Position numbers and translations under genes: made by a program. Below the pieces are notes generated by a model, which was not told where the DNA came from, ran no database searches, and saw only the letters and a list, made by a program, of their open reading frames with translations. This document shows, piece after piece, positions 49,293-57,623 of a stretch of 64,000 nt of DNA. The stretch's first letter is position 1. Each line of letters begins with the position of its first letter. The DNA is from an uncultured Pseudomonadota bacterium (GTDB taxonomy: Bacteria; Pseudomonadota; Alphaproteobacteria; Rs-D84), in NCBI GenBank assembly GCA_902781465.1, contig CACZJK010000002.1:38783-102782 (forward strand). The letters run 5' to 3'.

Positions 49293-49353
49293 ATATAAAA
49301 CGGCATATATGAATATGCCGTTTATTTTTTCGCTTTTATTCGCATATATTTTT

Positions 49354-49362
49354 TGCTAGAAT
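49354..49362 (+). promoter_or_regulatory. Extended -10 promoter of leader copy 1
   Basis: TGcTAGAAT with the conserved G 7 nt downstream; same spacing in copies 2 and 3. Confidence 0.65.
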
Positions 49363-49368
49363 AAATTC

Positions 49369-49547
49369 GTCAGAAAGAGTTTTTCTGATGAGGCTTAAGA
49401 ACCTGAATAATCCGCGTCAAAGATATGACGTTAAATATCTCCAATCAAATATATGGTTGGAGGGCTGTGATATACATAAATAAACGGCGCAATTTTCGGA
49501 TTAAATTGTTCTTAACCTCCAACCGCCCTTTTAAGAGCGGTTTTCTT
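49369..49547 (+). ncRNA. Structured leader RNA, copy 1 (attenuator / C4-CI-like candidate)
   Basis: Three homologous copies with compensatory pairs; ends in an ACCGC..GCGGT hairpin plus T-rich tail. Confidence 0.85.
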
Positions 49548-49570
49548 GTAATAGAAAACGGGGGTAAAAA

Positions 49571-50038
49571 ATGAAAAAATCTGTTTTAATAATGGCGACA
49601 CTTTTATCTGTGCCATCATACGCAACAACCATGTGTGCAGAAAACGATTCTGTTGCAGTAATCCTGGACCCAAGTATTAACGGAACAGGATTTGGATATG
49701 AAAAAAGCAGAGGAACATGGTCAACTTCTTTTCCTTACGGTTATGTATCTGGTATAAGCGTATGTTTGAATAGCAACAAAGGCCAAGGAACTGGTGGATG
49801 GGTGGCAAATTTGACAGACATTAATCCTGATGGCGAAGAAAAAACGGTTGCAGGTTCTGAAAAATATGGTCGTTATTGTTGGTGTAAGGCTACACATCCT
49901 GTGTCCTCGCGTTGGGTATTTAACTCTGATCGAGGATCGGCTTCTTCTTGTAATTCCGTTTGTGCGGAAAACTGTGGGTATTACACACGAATTAACGAAG
50001 CAATGCGCACAGGTTTATTAAATTCAATAAACAATTAA
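49571..50038 (+). CDS. Secreted Cys-rich protein
   Basis: Signal peptide MKKSVLIMATLLSVPSYA; YCWC and CNSVCAENC motifs. Confidence 0.8.
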   Translation: MKKSVLIMATLLSVPSYATTMCAENDSVAVILDPSINGTGFGYEKSRGTWSTSFPYGYVSGISVCLNSNKGQGTGGWVANLTDINPDGEEKTVAGSEKYGRYCWCKATHPVSSRWVFNSDRGSASSCNSVCAENCGYYTRINEAMRTGLLNSINN

Positions 50039-50068
50039 AAAAACGCCCGTATGGGCGTGATTTTGTTT

Positions 50069-50677
50069 TTAATGTGTCTTTGTTCGTTTTGATTCAATAA
50101 ACGCGCGCAGATGGTCGTCGTATGCCAATATGTATGGATTACAAGTGACGATATGGTCTATCTGTAATTTGGCGTCTTTGAAATCTTGCAAATCACAGGT
50201 GTTTGCTTTGCGGACTTCTAAATCATTTGGCATATTTTGACGCTTTTTGGCTGTTTCAAAATTGTCCAGTGGTGGCAAGAACCATAAAACACGAAAATCA
50301 TATTGGTTCTTTTTGTCGTTTTTATTAAACCAACTTATCATCTGTCGAACATATTTGGGCTGAATCACATCATAAGTAAAATTTGCACCCCAATTATTCC
50401 AAATTTCAAATTCTGGCACACCATAAAGCCATTTAGGTTGACCCGGTTGCCAAAATTGTTCGTTCACAAAAAGTTTTGTCGCAAATTTTTCTGTTTCAAA
50501 ATAAGTTTCATCACGAAAATAATATTCGCGACCATCCATTTCACCGTTGCGCATAGGCCGTGTTGTCGCACTGCGTAAATTATAAAACGCACCATAAGGC
50601 AAAACATTTTTTATAAAGTATGATTTACCACTGCCGGACAGGCCTGTACAAAATAAAACTGTTGGTTTTTGTTTCAT
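50069..50677 (-). CDS. Guanylate kinase-like protein (divergent C-terminal half)
   Basis: GLSGSGKS P-loop and the SATTRPMRNGEMDGREYYF GK signature; start ATG 50677. Confidence 0.75.
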   Translation of the reverse strand: MKQKPTVLFCTGLSGSGKSYFIKNVLPYGAFYNLRSATTRPMRNGEMDGREYYFRDETYFETEKFATKLFVNEQFWQPGQPKWLYGVPEFEIWNNWGANFTYDVIQPKYVRQMISWFNKNDKKNQYDFRVLWFLPPLDNFETAKKRQNMPNDLEVRKANTCDLQDFKDAKLQIDHIVTCNPYILAYDDHLRAFIESKRTKTH

Positions 50678-50721
50678 ATCTTTTACCTCATAAAAACCCC
50701 GCACAAGGCGGGGTATTAAAA

Positions 50722-52809
50722 TTAGTCTTCCAAGAAACTGCGTAATTTACGCGCACGTGTTGGATGTTTCAGTTTATTCAACGCCTTTTGTTCAATCTGG
50801 CGGATACGTTCACGTGTCACGCCGATATATTCACCAACCTCTTCCAGTGTGCTGGTTTTATTGGTTGACATACCGAAACGTTGACGCAAAACAGTTTCTT
50901 CTTTTGGATCCAATTCAGACAAAATTTGTGTGACGATTTTACGCAAATTCTTTTGCGCCGCCGAAGTAAATGGATTCTTGGCGGTTTCGTCTGCAATGAT
51001 TTCGATACGTGAACTGTCGTCTTCGCTGCCTACTGGTGCTTCCAAAGACATAGGTTTAAGGTTCACTTTCATTGCCTTGTGAATCTTGTCTACTGGCAAA
51101 TATATAATCTTTGACAATTCTTCAGCAGTTGGCTGACGTCCGTATTTATGCATAAACTGACGCGAAGCACGTTGAATCTTGTGTATGTTATCAATCATAT
51201 GCACAGGGATACGAATTGTACGTGCTTGGTCGGCAATACTGCGTGAAATACCCTGTTGTATCCAGTTAGTTGCATATGTAGAAAATTTATTACCCAAACG
51301 ATAATCGAATTTATCAACCGCCTTCATCAAACCGATGTTTCCGTCTTGGACAAGGTCAGAAAAGTCTAAGCCCAATCCGCGGTTGCTTGATTTCTTGGCA
51401 AATTTGATAACAAGACGCAAGTTCGCCTCTATCATTTCACGTTTTGCACGTGCGGCTTCACTTTGACCACGTCGCACCAATTCAACGACCTTTTTATATT
51501 CAGATGTTGGTTGACCTGCTTCGAAAGCGATTGCGGTAATATCTTCTTGAATTTTCAAGACATCAGCCTGATGTTTAGTAGCAAAGTTTTGCCATGCAGC
51601 GCTTTTGTTCTTTGCCAATTTCTTTACCCAGTTGCGGTTTATTTCGTTCCCTGCATATTCAGCCAAGAAATCTTCGCGTTTGATTTTGCAAGCCAACGCA
51701 AGACGCAACATTTTACCTTCTAATCCCATAAGCAATTGGTCGCGCTGAGTCAATTTTTCCATAATTTCGGCAATTCTTTCGTCGTTAAGACGGATTTTAC
51801 CGACATATTCGAACAATTCTACACGAGATTTGTTATATTTCTTTTCCAATGCTTCATCAGGTGCAGAAGAAGTCAACAAATTTTCCAAACGTTTGGCTTG
51901 CAACTTTTGCATACCAGAAAATACGCGTTTAATCTTTGCGAACAAATCTGTTATCATAGGCATAAGTGCATCTTCCATAACTGGAATCGGCACGCCAGAA
52001 GAACTGCGTTGACCGTCTTCTTTTTTGCCGTCTTCGTCTTCATCCAATTCTTCGTCATCTTCATCGTCAGACGCGACAGAATCTTCCAAGGCATCTAAAT
52101 CTTCATCGTTCAAATCATCAACCTGATCTACGCCTTTGGATTTCAGAGTATCTGCCAAAGCCGCCAATGATTTTTGTTCGGATTCACTGGAATACATAAC
52201 TTCCAAATTCACGATATGGCGCAATCTGATATCGCCGTTTAACAACTGTTGATACCAATCTAACATCGCCTGAATTGTCATAGGGCTTTCGCACAAACCA
52301 TAAACCATTAAACGAGAGGCCGCTTCGATACGTTGCGCGATAGCAATTTCGCCCGCCGCAGTCAACAATTGAACTGTACCGATTTGTTTCAAATATGATT
52401 GGACAGAATCTTGAATTCCAAGAACTAAATTACCCGTAGAACTGCGTTCCAACTGTTTGGCGTAATGTTCGTAATCATCGTCATTAACATCAACTTGTTC
52501 AGCATCAGCATTCAATAAATCACGGGTTTTATCACGATTATAGTTTTCGTCATCATCTTCGTAATATTTTTCCATATCACGAGTAAATCTGTCACCATCA
52601 GTTTCCAGGATTTCCAATTCCAAATCTTGCTTAAAGAATTCCAAAACTTCGTCTTTTTCTTCGTCTGGCACTTCGTCAGCCTGAATCGCAGCATCAAAGT
52701 CCATTTGGGACAGATAACCGTCTTCAGTCGCCGACAAAGCCAATTCTTTCAAACTTTCTGGCAAAGAATCAATTAATAATCTTGTTGCTTCGTCTAGTTT
52801 TTTAGTCAT
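50722..52809 (-). CDS. rpoD: Primary sigma factor RpoD
   Basis: Region 1.1, non-conserved region, [45 protein letters not shown]. Confidence 0.95.
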   Translation of the reverse strand: MTKKLDEATRLLIDSLPESLKELALSATEDGYLSQMDFDAAIQADEVPDEEKDEVLEFFKQDLELEILETDGDRFTRDMEKYYEDDDENYNRDKTRDLLNADAEQVDVNDDDYEHYAKQLERSSTGNLVLGIQDSVQSYLKQIGTVQLLTAAGEIAIAQRIEAASRLMVYGLCESPMTIQAMLDWYQQLLNGDIRLRHIVNLEVMYSSESEQKSLAALADTLKSKGVDQVDDLNDEDLDALEDSVASDDEDDEELDEDEDGKKEDGQRSSSGVPIPVMEDALMPMITDLFAKIKRVFSGMQKLQAKRLENLLTSSAPDEALEKKYNKSRVELFEYVGKIRLNDERIAEIMEKLTQRDQLLMGLEGKMLRLALACKIKREDFLAEYAGNEINRNWVKKLAKNKSAAWQNFATKHQADVLKIQEDITAIAFEAGQPTSEYKKVVELVRRGQSEAARAKREMIEANLRLVIKFAKKSSNRGLGLDFSDLVQDGNIGLMKAVDKFDYRLGNKFSTYATNWIQQGISRSIADQARTIRIPVHMIDNIHKIQRASRQFMHKYGRQPTAEELSKIIYLPVDKIHKAMKVNLKPMSLEAPVGSEDDSSRIEIIADETAKNPFTSAAQKNLRKIVTQILSELDPKEETVLRQRFGMSTNKTSTLEEVGEYIGVTRERIRQIEQKALNKLKHPTRARKLRSFLED

Positions 52810-52847
52810 AAAAAAACCTTTGATTTATTGGTGTGAAACATAAAAAC

Positions 52848-53378
52848 TTATTTACCGCTTTTGCGTTGTGCCTTTGCGATTGCTTCGTGCAAAGCAGATT
52901 CAGAAACCAAACCCAACACAATCGGACTTTGGATTTGAATCAAAGAATAAGATTTATGTGTTTTTTCACGAATAGATTTCACAGTTGGATTTGTACTGCG
53001 CATAAGGCGTGCAATTTGACCATCTGTCAAATCTGGATAATTTTTCAAAATCCACAAAATACCACCCAAACGGTTTTGACGATGTAATTTTGGAGTGTAC
53101 CCTACGCCTTTTTTGTTTTGTTTCTTTTGGGCTTCGACAATGACTTCACGCAAAGTCAATCTGGCATCTGGGTCAGCTTCACATTTTTCAATATCTTCAC
53201 GAGTGACCTGGCCATTGATAATTGGGTTAAGACCTTGCATTTTATTTGATTCTGCATCGGCAATATTTTTAACTTCCAATTCGTGCAAGCCGCAGAATTC
53301 CCCAATTTGTTCAAATGTTAATGCTGTGTTTTCAATCAACCAAAGTGCGGTAGATTTAGGCATATATGGATAATTCAT
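52848..53378 (-). CDS. trcR: DUF1013 / TrcR family protein
   Basis: MPKSTALWLIENTALTFEQIGEFCGLHELEV, GYTP..RQNR..ILW. Confidence 0.88.
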   Translation of the reverse strand: MNYPYMPKSTALWLIENTALTFEQIGEFCGLHELEVKNIADAESNKMQGLNPIINGQVTREDIEKCEADPDARLTLREVIVEAQKKQNKKGVGYTPKLHRQNRLGGILWILKNYPDLTDGQIARLMRSTNPTVKSIREKTHKSYSLIQIQSPIVLGLVSESALHEAIAKAQRKSGK

Positions 53379-53453
53379 GGATTTTTCCTTTGTTAAGACG
53401 CGTTTTAATATAGCACAAAATGCGCTATATTCAAGCAGTTTTTTTAATATTTT

Positions 53454-54881
53454 TTATTGTTTTTTTACCAATTTGAATCCGTCAACCGTATCCATCACAG
53501 TCCAACCTGCTTCGTCGATTTGATGGCGCAATTTATCAGCTGTTTCAAAATCGCGGATTTTCTTTGCGTCCAAGCGTTGCTGGGCCATTTGTTTTACAGA
53601 TTCTGGGGCATCTTGATTTTCAAGTTTATGCAACTTTTGTGCGTGTTCCATAAACTGTAATCCCAACAAATCATCAACGAACTTTATCAATTCCAATTTA
53701 GTATTTGCATTTGTTGATTTGTCTTTTAATAAATCTTGTAAAACGACCAAGGATTCTGCGGTTTTCAGGTTGTCCGACACCGGCATCAACAGTTTGTCGT
53801 GCCATTGATTATATTGTTCGTTATCGATTGGGGTTTTATCGTCAGAATTGATTAAATCAGCAACCTTGCGAACAATATTTTTATAGCCCGCTTCGGCAGA
53901 TTCCAATGCTTCAAATGAAAAAGCCAATTGAGATTGATAATGTCCCAAAACAATCCAATATCTGTACACTATCGGTTCAATATTGCGAGCGCGAACTGCG
54001 TTCATACCCAAGAATTCACCCTTGGATTTTGACATTTTATCGCCACTTTTATCCACCAAGAAACTGAAATGTACCCAATAATGCACCCAAGGTTTGCCAA
54101 CAACAGGTTCGCTTTGCGCTATTTCATTAGTATGATGTACACGCGATAAATCTTCACCGCCGGTATGAATATCAAAATGAGCACCCAATAATTTCATACT
54201 CATAACACAACATTCTGTATGCCAGCCCGGAAAACCAACACCCCAAGGGCTGTCCCATTCCATTTGGCGCTTTACATCTTTTGGCGAATATTTCCAAAGT
54301 GCAAAATCAGTTGGGTTGCGTTTCGCATCATTATATTCCACACGCGCACCCGCACGTTGGCCAGACAAAGAACCGCCTGTTAACGCGCCATAATCTGCGA
54401 ATTTAGAAGTATCATAGTAAATACCATCACCAGGAATTTCATATGTATAGCCACGTTTTTCAAGTTCTTGAATCAATTCAATTTGTTCATTGATATATTC
54501 AGTAGCGCGCGGCATAGTTGTTGGGCGTATAATATTCAAATCATCACTGTCGCGCAAGAATTCATCCAGATAAAACTGTGCAATGTCCCACACGGACTTA
54601 TGATCGCGTGCAGCGCCCTTTTCCATTTTATCTTCGCCGGAATCATTATCTTCATCGGTTAAATGCCCAACGTCAGTAATATTCATAACATGGTTGACCG
54701 TATAACCATTTGCCAAAAACATACGCTTTAATAAATCGTTATGAACCATAGTTCGCAAATTACCCAAATGCGCATAATGATATACCGTCGGCCCACAAGA
54801 ATAAAAGCCAACATGATTTGGAATAATTGGGTTAAAATCTTCAATTTTGCGCGATAAAGTATTAAACAATCTGACTTGCAT
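53454..54881 (-). CDS. cysS: Cysteine--tRNA ligase
   Basis: YSCGPTVY, HLGN, MNITDVGH, DFALWK, GFPGWHTEC, KMSKS. Confidence 0.98.
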   Translation of the reverse strand: MQVRLFNTLSRKIEDFNPIIPNHVGFYSCGPTVYHYAHLGNLRTMVHNDLLKRMFLANGYTVNHVMNITDVGHLTDEDNDSGEDKMEKGAARDHKSVWDIAQFYLDEFLRDSDDLNIIRPTTMPRATEYINEQIELIQELEKRGYTYEIPGDGIYYDTSKFADYGALTGGSLSGQRAGARVEYNDAKRNPTDFALWKYSPKDVKRQMEWDSPWGVGFPGWHTECCVMSMKLLGAHFDIHTGGEDLSRVHHTNEIAQSEPVVGKPWVHYWVHFSFLVDKSGDKMSKSKGEFLGMNAVRARNIEPIVYRYWIVLGHYQSQLAFSFEALESAEAGYKNIVRKVADLINSDDKTPIDNEQYNQWHDKLLMPVSDNLKTAESLVVLQDLLKDKSTNANTKLELIKFVDDLLGLQFMEHAQKLHKLENQDAPESVKQMAQQRLDAKKIRDFETADKLRHQIDEAGWTVMDTVDGFKLVKKQ

Positions 54882-54949
54882 AACGATTTTTCCTTTGATT
54901 ATATGGCGATATGATAATAAATCGATGCGAATATTGCAAATATTAAAAT

Positions 54950-55693
54950 TTAAGAATTACGTTGTTTTTGCGTGGTACAAATTTCATTGATTAAATCAAC
55001 AAACAAACCGAAATTAGATACAGTACCCTCTTTCCAGCCTTCCAAAACTTTTATACTTTGTGCTATTTTTTCCAATTCTTCATCACTCAAATCGGATAAC
55101 TTACGGTTTGGTTTTATACCAGTACTTTCGTATAAATGTCGTTGGTATCTTATTGGGTCATTGCTATCACAAAAAGGCGCGTATTTATGTATTGCGTCAT
55201 ATATAGATAATTTAGAATAACTTTCTGTACGCAACAAAGCCTTTAATGCAATCATACCCTGTTCTTCACTAGGGAAAACAGCAAAACCGCCTGCATCACC
55301 AATTGCGCCCATTTTACGGGTAAAAGGACTTGTTCTGATTGCTCCTGGATTTTGATTACGCCAAGTGCGCGAACCAGATTTGCGAACAAAGCCCGAACCA
55401 TCAGGGCGTGTATATTGAACACTGTTATCTTCAAAAGATTGTATTTTGAAAACCGTATCTGTATATTCATAGCCGAATTCATGAAACAATTGTTGCTTTA
55501 TATCTGATAAAAGAACGGCTTTCGACACAATATTGTAATCAGTTGGACAAACCAAAAAATCGTCAGAGTGTACATATCGAACCCCTTTGGAAAAAGAGTA
55601 TTTCGCATTGTTTTTATTTGCATCACGAACGCCCTTTATAACAAAAGGCAACATAAACATTAACGAAAATATTAAAACGTTCTTTTTATTCAT
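54950..55693 (-). CDS. Exported protein with a lysozyme-like domain
   Basis: RNQNPGAI, FAVFPS..G..AL..LL, KYAP..SND..Y, LEGW. Confidence 0.65.
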   Translation of the reverse strand: MNKKNVLIFSLMFMLPFVIKGVRDANKNNAKYSFSKGVRYVHSDDFLVCPTDYNIVSKAVLLSDIKQQLFHEFGYEYTDTVFKIQSFEDNSVQYTRPDGSGFVRKSGSRTWRNQNPGAIRTSPFTRKMGAIGDAGGFAVFPSEEQGMIALKALLRTESYSKLSIYDAIHKYAPFCDSNDPIRYQRHLYESTGIKPNRKLSDLSDEELEKIAQSIKVLEGWKEGTVSNFGLFVDLINEICTTQKQRNS

Positions 55694-55815
55694 GATATTT
55701 TTAAATTCAGGCCATTTTATAGTGCGACCAAGCGATTGTCAAACTTTAAATAAAAAAAAAACACCAAATTCGTACTTGCATTTAAAAAAGTGTTTATATA
55801 TAATAACACCCATCC

Positions 55816-55904
55816 GGAGCGTTGGCAGAGTGGTAATGCAGCGGATTGCTAATCCGTGACCGTAGTAATGCGGTCCATAGGTTCGAGTCCTATACGCTCC
55901 GCCA
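55816..55904 (+). tRNA. tRNA-Ser(GCT)
   Basis: GGAGCGT/ACGCTCC acceptor stem, loop TTGCTAA, long variable arm, GCCA end. Confidence 0.96.
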
Positions 55905-55909
55905 GATTT

Positions 55910-55935
55910 AAAACCCCATATTTTATGGGGTTTTT
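55910..55935. terminator. Bidirectional terminator
   Basis: AAAACCCCATA-TTT-TATGGGGTTTTT. Confidence 0.75.
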
Positions 55936-56404
55936 AATTTTGATTTTTCACTCTCCACCCACCGAATTTATAACCTGGCCTGACTGGTGTTGGTGGTAAT
56001 GTTATTGACTGACCGTATGTACAGGTATTTTGCACAGTATTTGTTCCATCGTCCCAATTTATCGTTATCGTATTTGGTTCGAATACCGCAACCAATTTAT
56101 GTCCAAAGTTAGACGAACACGCGTTTGATACACTTTCATTAAATTGTGTTTTATATTTTATTCCCTGCGATTCTGTTGCGTTATAACTGAATGTTCCACC
56201 ACTACATGTATATCCATTTGGGCATTGTACACATCCCAAAGTATCTGCAGGCAAAAATTCACCAGATTGACATGTATAAGTATTTACTTCAAACACCGCA
56301 AGTAAATTATTACCAATAACCCCACATTGGTTGGGTATTGTTTCGGTATAATATGCTAACGATGGTTGTGTAAGTAATAAAGATAATAATAAAATTTTTT
56401 TCAT
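55934..56404 (-). CDS. Secreted Cys-rich protein with a C-terminal InlB B-repeat-like domain (cassette gene B)
   Basis: Signal peptide; CQSGEFLP..CVQCPNGYTC; CTYGQSITLPPTPVRPGYKFGGW. Confidence 0.8.
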   Translation of the reverse strand: MKKILLLSLLLTQPSLAYYTETIPNQCGVIGNNLLAVFEVNTYTCQSGEFLPADTLGCVQCPNGYTCSGGTFSYNATESQGIKYKTQFNESVSNACSSNFGHKLVAVFEPNTITINWDDGTNTVQNTCTYGQSITLPPTPVRPGYKFGGWRVKNQN

Positions 56405-56419
56405 ATCTATCTCCTTATT

Positions 56420-56530
56420 CTCCCCTTGGGGTGAGTACGTCCGAAGGACGGGAGGGAGGTTAAGATTCCAGATAACTTATTATCAGTGAACCCTCCCCCC
56501 GGCTGCGCCGCACCCCCTCCAAAGGGGGAA
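56420..56530. repeat. GC-rich REP-like palindromic element
   Basis: CTCCCCTTGGGG..GGGAGGGAGGTT / AACCCTCCCCCC..CCCCCTCCAAAGGGGGAA nested inverted repeats. Confidence 0.6.
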
Positions 56531-57256
56531 TTAATAAAATTTATCTTCGACCCGGTCATACATACATGGCGTGCCATTTTTGTCGAGAACGGGAATCATG
56601 TCTACCAATACCTCCCCTGTAGAGGATAAAACTTTATAATCATATATTCGTAAATTATTATTTGTTTGCTTTAACGCAACGCCATTATAATTAACATCAA
56701 ACAAGTAAATATTATTTGTATTTAAGCCAGAATTTTCTGACGTGCTACTTTCGTGTATATTTGACGTAGTTAAATTTGTAATTTTACACGTATTATTTCC
56801 TGGATAAAGTAATAAATCATATCTGTATATTTTGTTATTTTCAACTGTGGCTACTTTTATATTTGGTTGTCTAACAACTCTAAACATTAATTGACTGCTA
56901 TCTATACCAATATAAATACCATTTTCAGTGGCTAAACTGCCTGCAATTCGCATCTCATATTGTGTTGTAAGATATTTAACAGTCAGAATATATCTATGAC
57001 CATAAACGGCTGGATTCCCCGTATCAATATATTGTGTCCCGGTGGATTCCAAATATTCAATCGGTATATAACTACTTGCCCAGCCTTTGAAAGTATACCC
57101 TCGTTTGGTTGGGGTGGTTGGTAATAATATATCATTACCACTTTCACATGTTGTGGTTGCGTAAACATCATCGCCTATATACCAATTTAATGTTTCGGTT
57201 TGTGCGTATGCTGTGCCACAAAACAGCATTGATAATAATATTAAAAACTTTTTCAT
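56531..57256 (-). CDS. Secreted protein with an N-terminal InlB B-repeat-like domain and a beta-rich domain (cassette gene A)
   Basis: Start ATG 57256; signal peptide; LPTTPTKRGYTFKGW; EYLESTGTQYIDTG..DMIPV..MYDRV. Confidence 0.8.
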   Translation of the reverse strand: MKKFLILLSMLFCGTAYAQTETLNWYIGDDVYATTTCESGNDILLPTTPTKRGYTFKGWASSYIPIEYLESTGTQYIDTGNPAVYGHRYILTVKYLTTQYEMRIAGSLATENGIYIGIDSSQLMFRVVRQPNIKVATVENNKIYRYDLLLYPGNNTCKITNLTTSNIHESSTSENSGLNTNNIYLFDVNYNGVALKQTNNNLRIYDYKVLSSTGEVLVDMIPVLDKNGTPCMYDRVEDKFY

Positions 57257-57280
57257 CACTTCCCCCTGTTTCTTTTCTTT

Positions 57281-57360
57281 GTCGTTCCGAGGAAGCCCAA
57301 AGGGCTGACGTGGGAATCCAATGTGGATCCTCACGCGAATTTGCGTTCGCTCAGGATGAC
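57281..57360. repeat. RPE/REP-like palindromic element in the 5' UTR
   Basis: GTCGTTCCGAG..GACGTGGGAATCC / GGATCCTCACG..CTCAGGATGAC. Confidence 0.65.
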
Positions 57361-57372
57361 ACCACTGCGTGG

Positions 57373-57553
57373 TTAAAAGATTACCGCCAGAAAATCAGGC
57401 GGTTGGAGGTTAGTAACAATTCTATATGAGATTGCGCTGCTTATTCCGTATATTCACAGCCCTCCAACCTTATATTTGATTGGAGATTTTAACGTCTTCA
57501 TGGACGCATATAGATACAGGTTACTAAGCCTCATCAACAAAACTCTTGCTGAC
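57373..57553 (-). ncRNA. Structured leader RNA, copy 2
   Basis: Homolog of copies 1 and 3 with compensatory TTAGTAAC/GTTACTAA; TGaTAGAAT at 57560-57568. Confidence 0.85.
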
Positions 57554-57623
57554 AGTTTTATTCTATCAAATAATAATCAGCAATGAAAGTAAAAAATTAA
57601 AAACCACCCAAACTGGTGGTTTA

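Noticed and set aside
49385-49392. CTGATGAG in leader copies 1 and 3 suggesting a hammerhead ribozyme core
   Set aside because: Copy 2 has TTGATGAG, the bases are paired in P1, and no correctly placed conserved GAAA follows.
49388-49483. uORF starting ATG AGG CTT in all three leaders (31, 26 and 51 codons) as a classical leader peptide
   Set aside because: Frame and length diverge after codon 6 and there is no run of regulatory codons. A role for the start codon alone is not excluded.
57257-57334. N-terminal extension MRIHIGFPRQPFGLPRNDKEKKQGEV of ORF 56531-57334
   Set aside because: It is read from the palindromic element; the RBS and signal peptide indicate a start at 57256.
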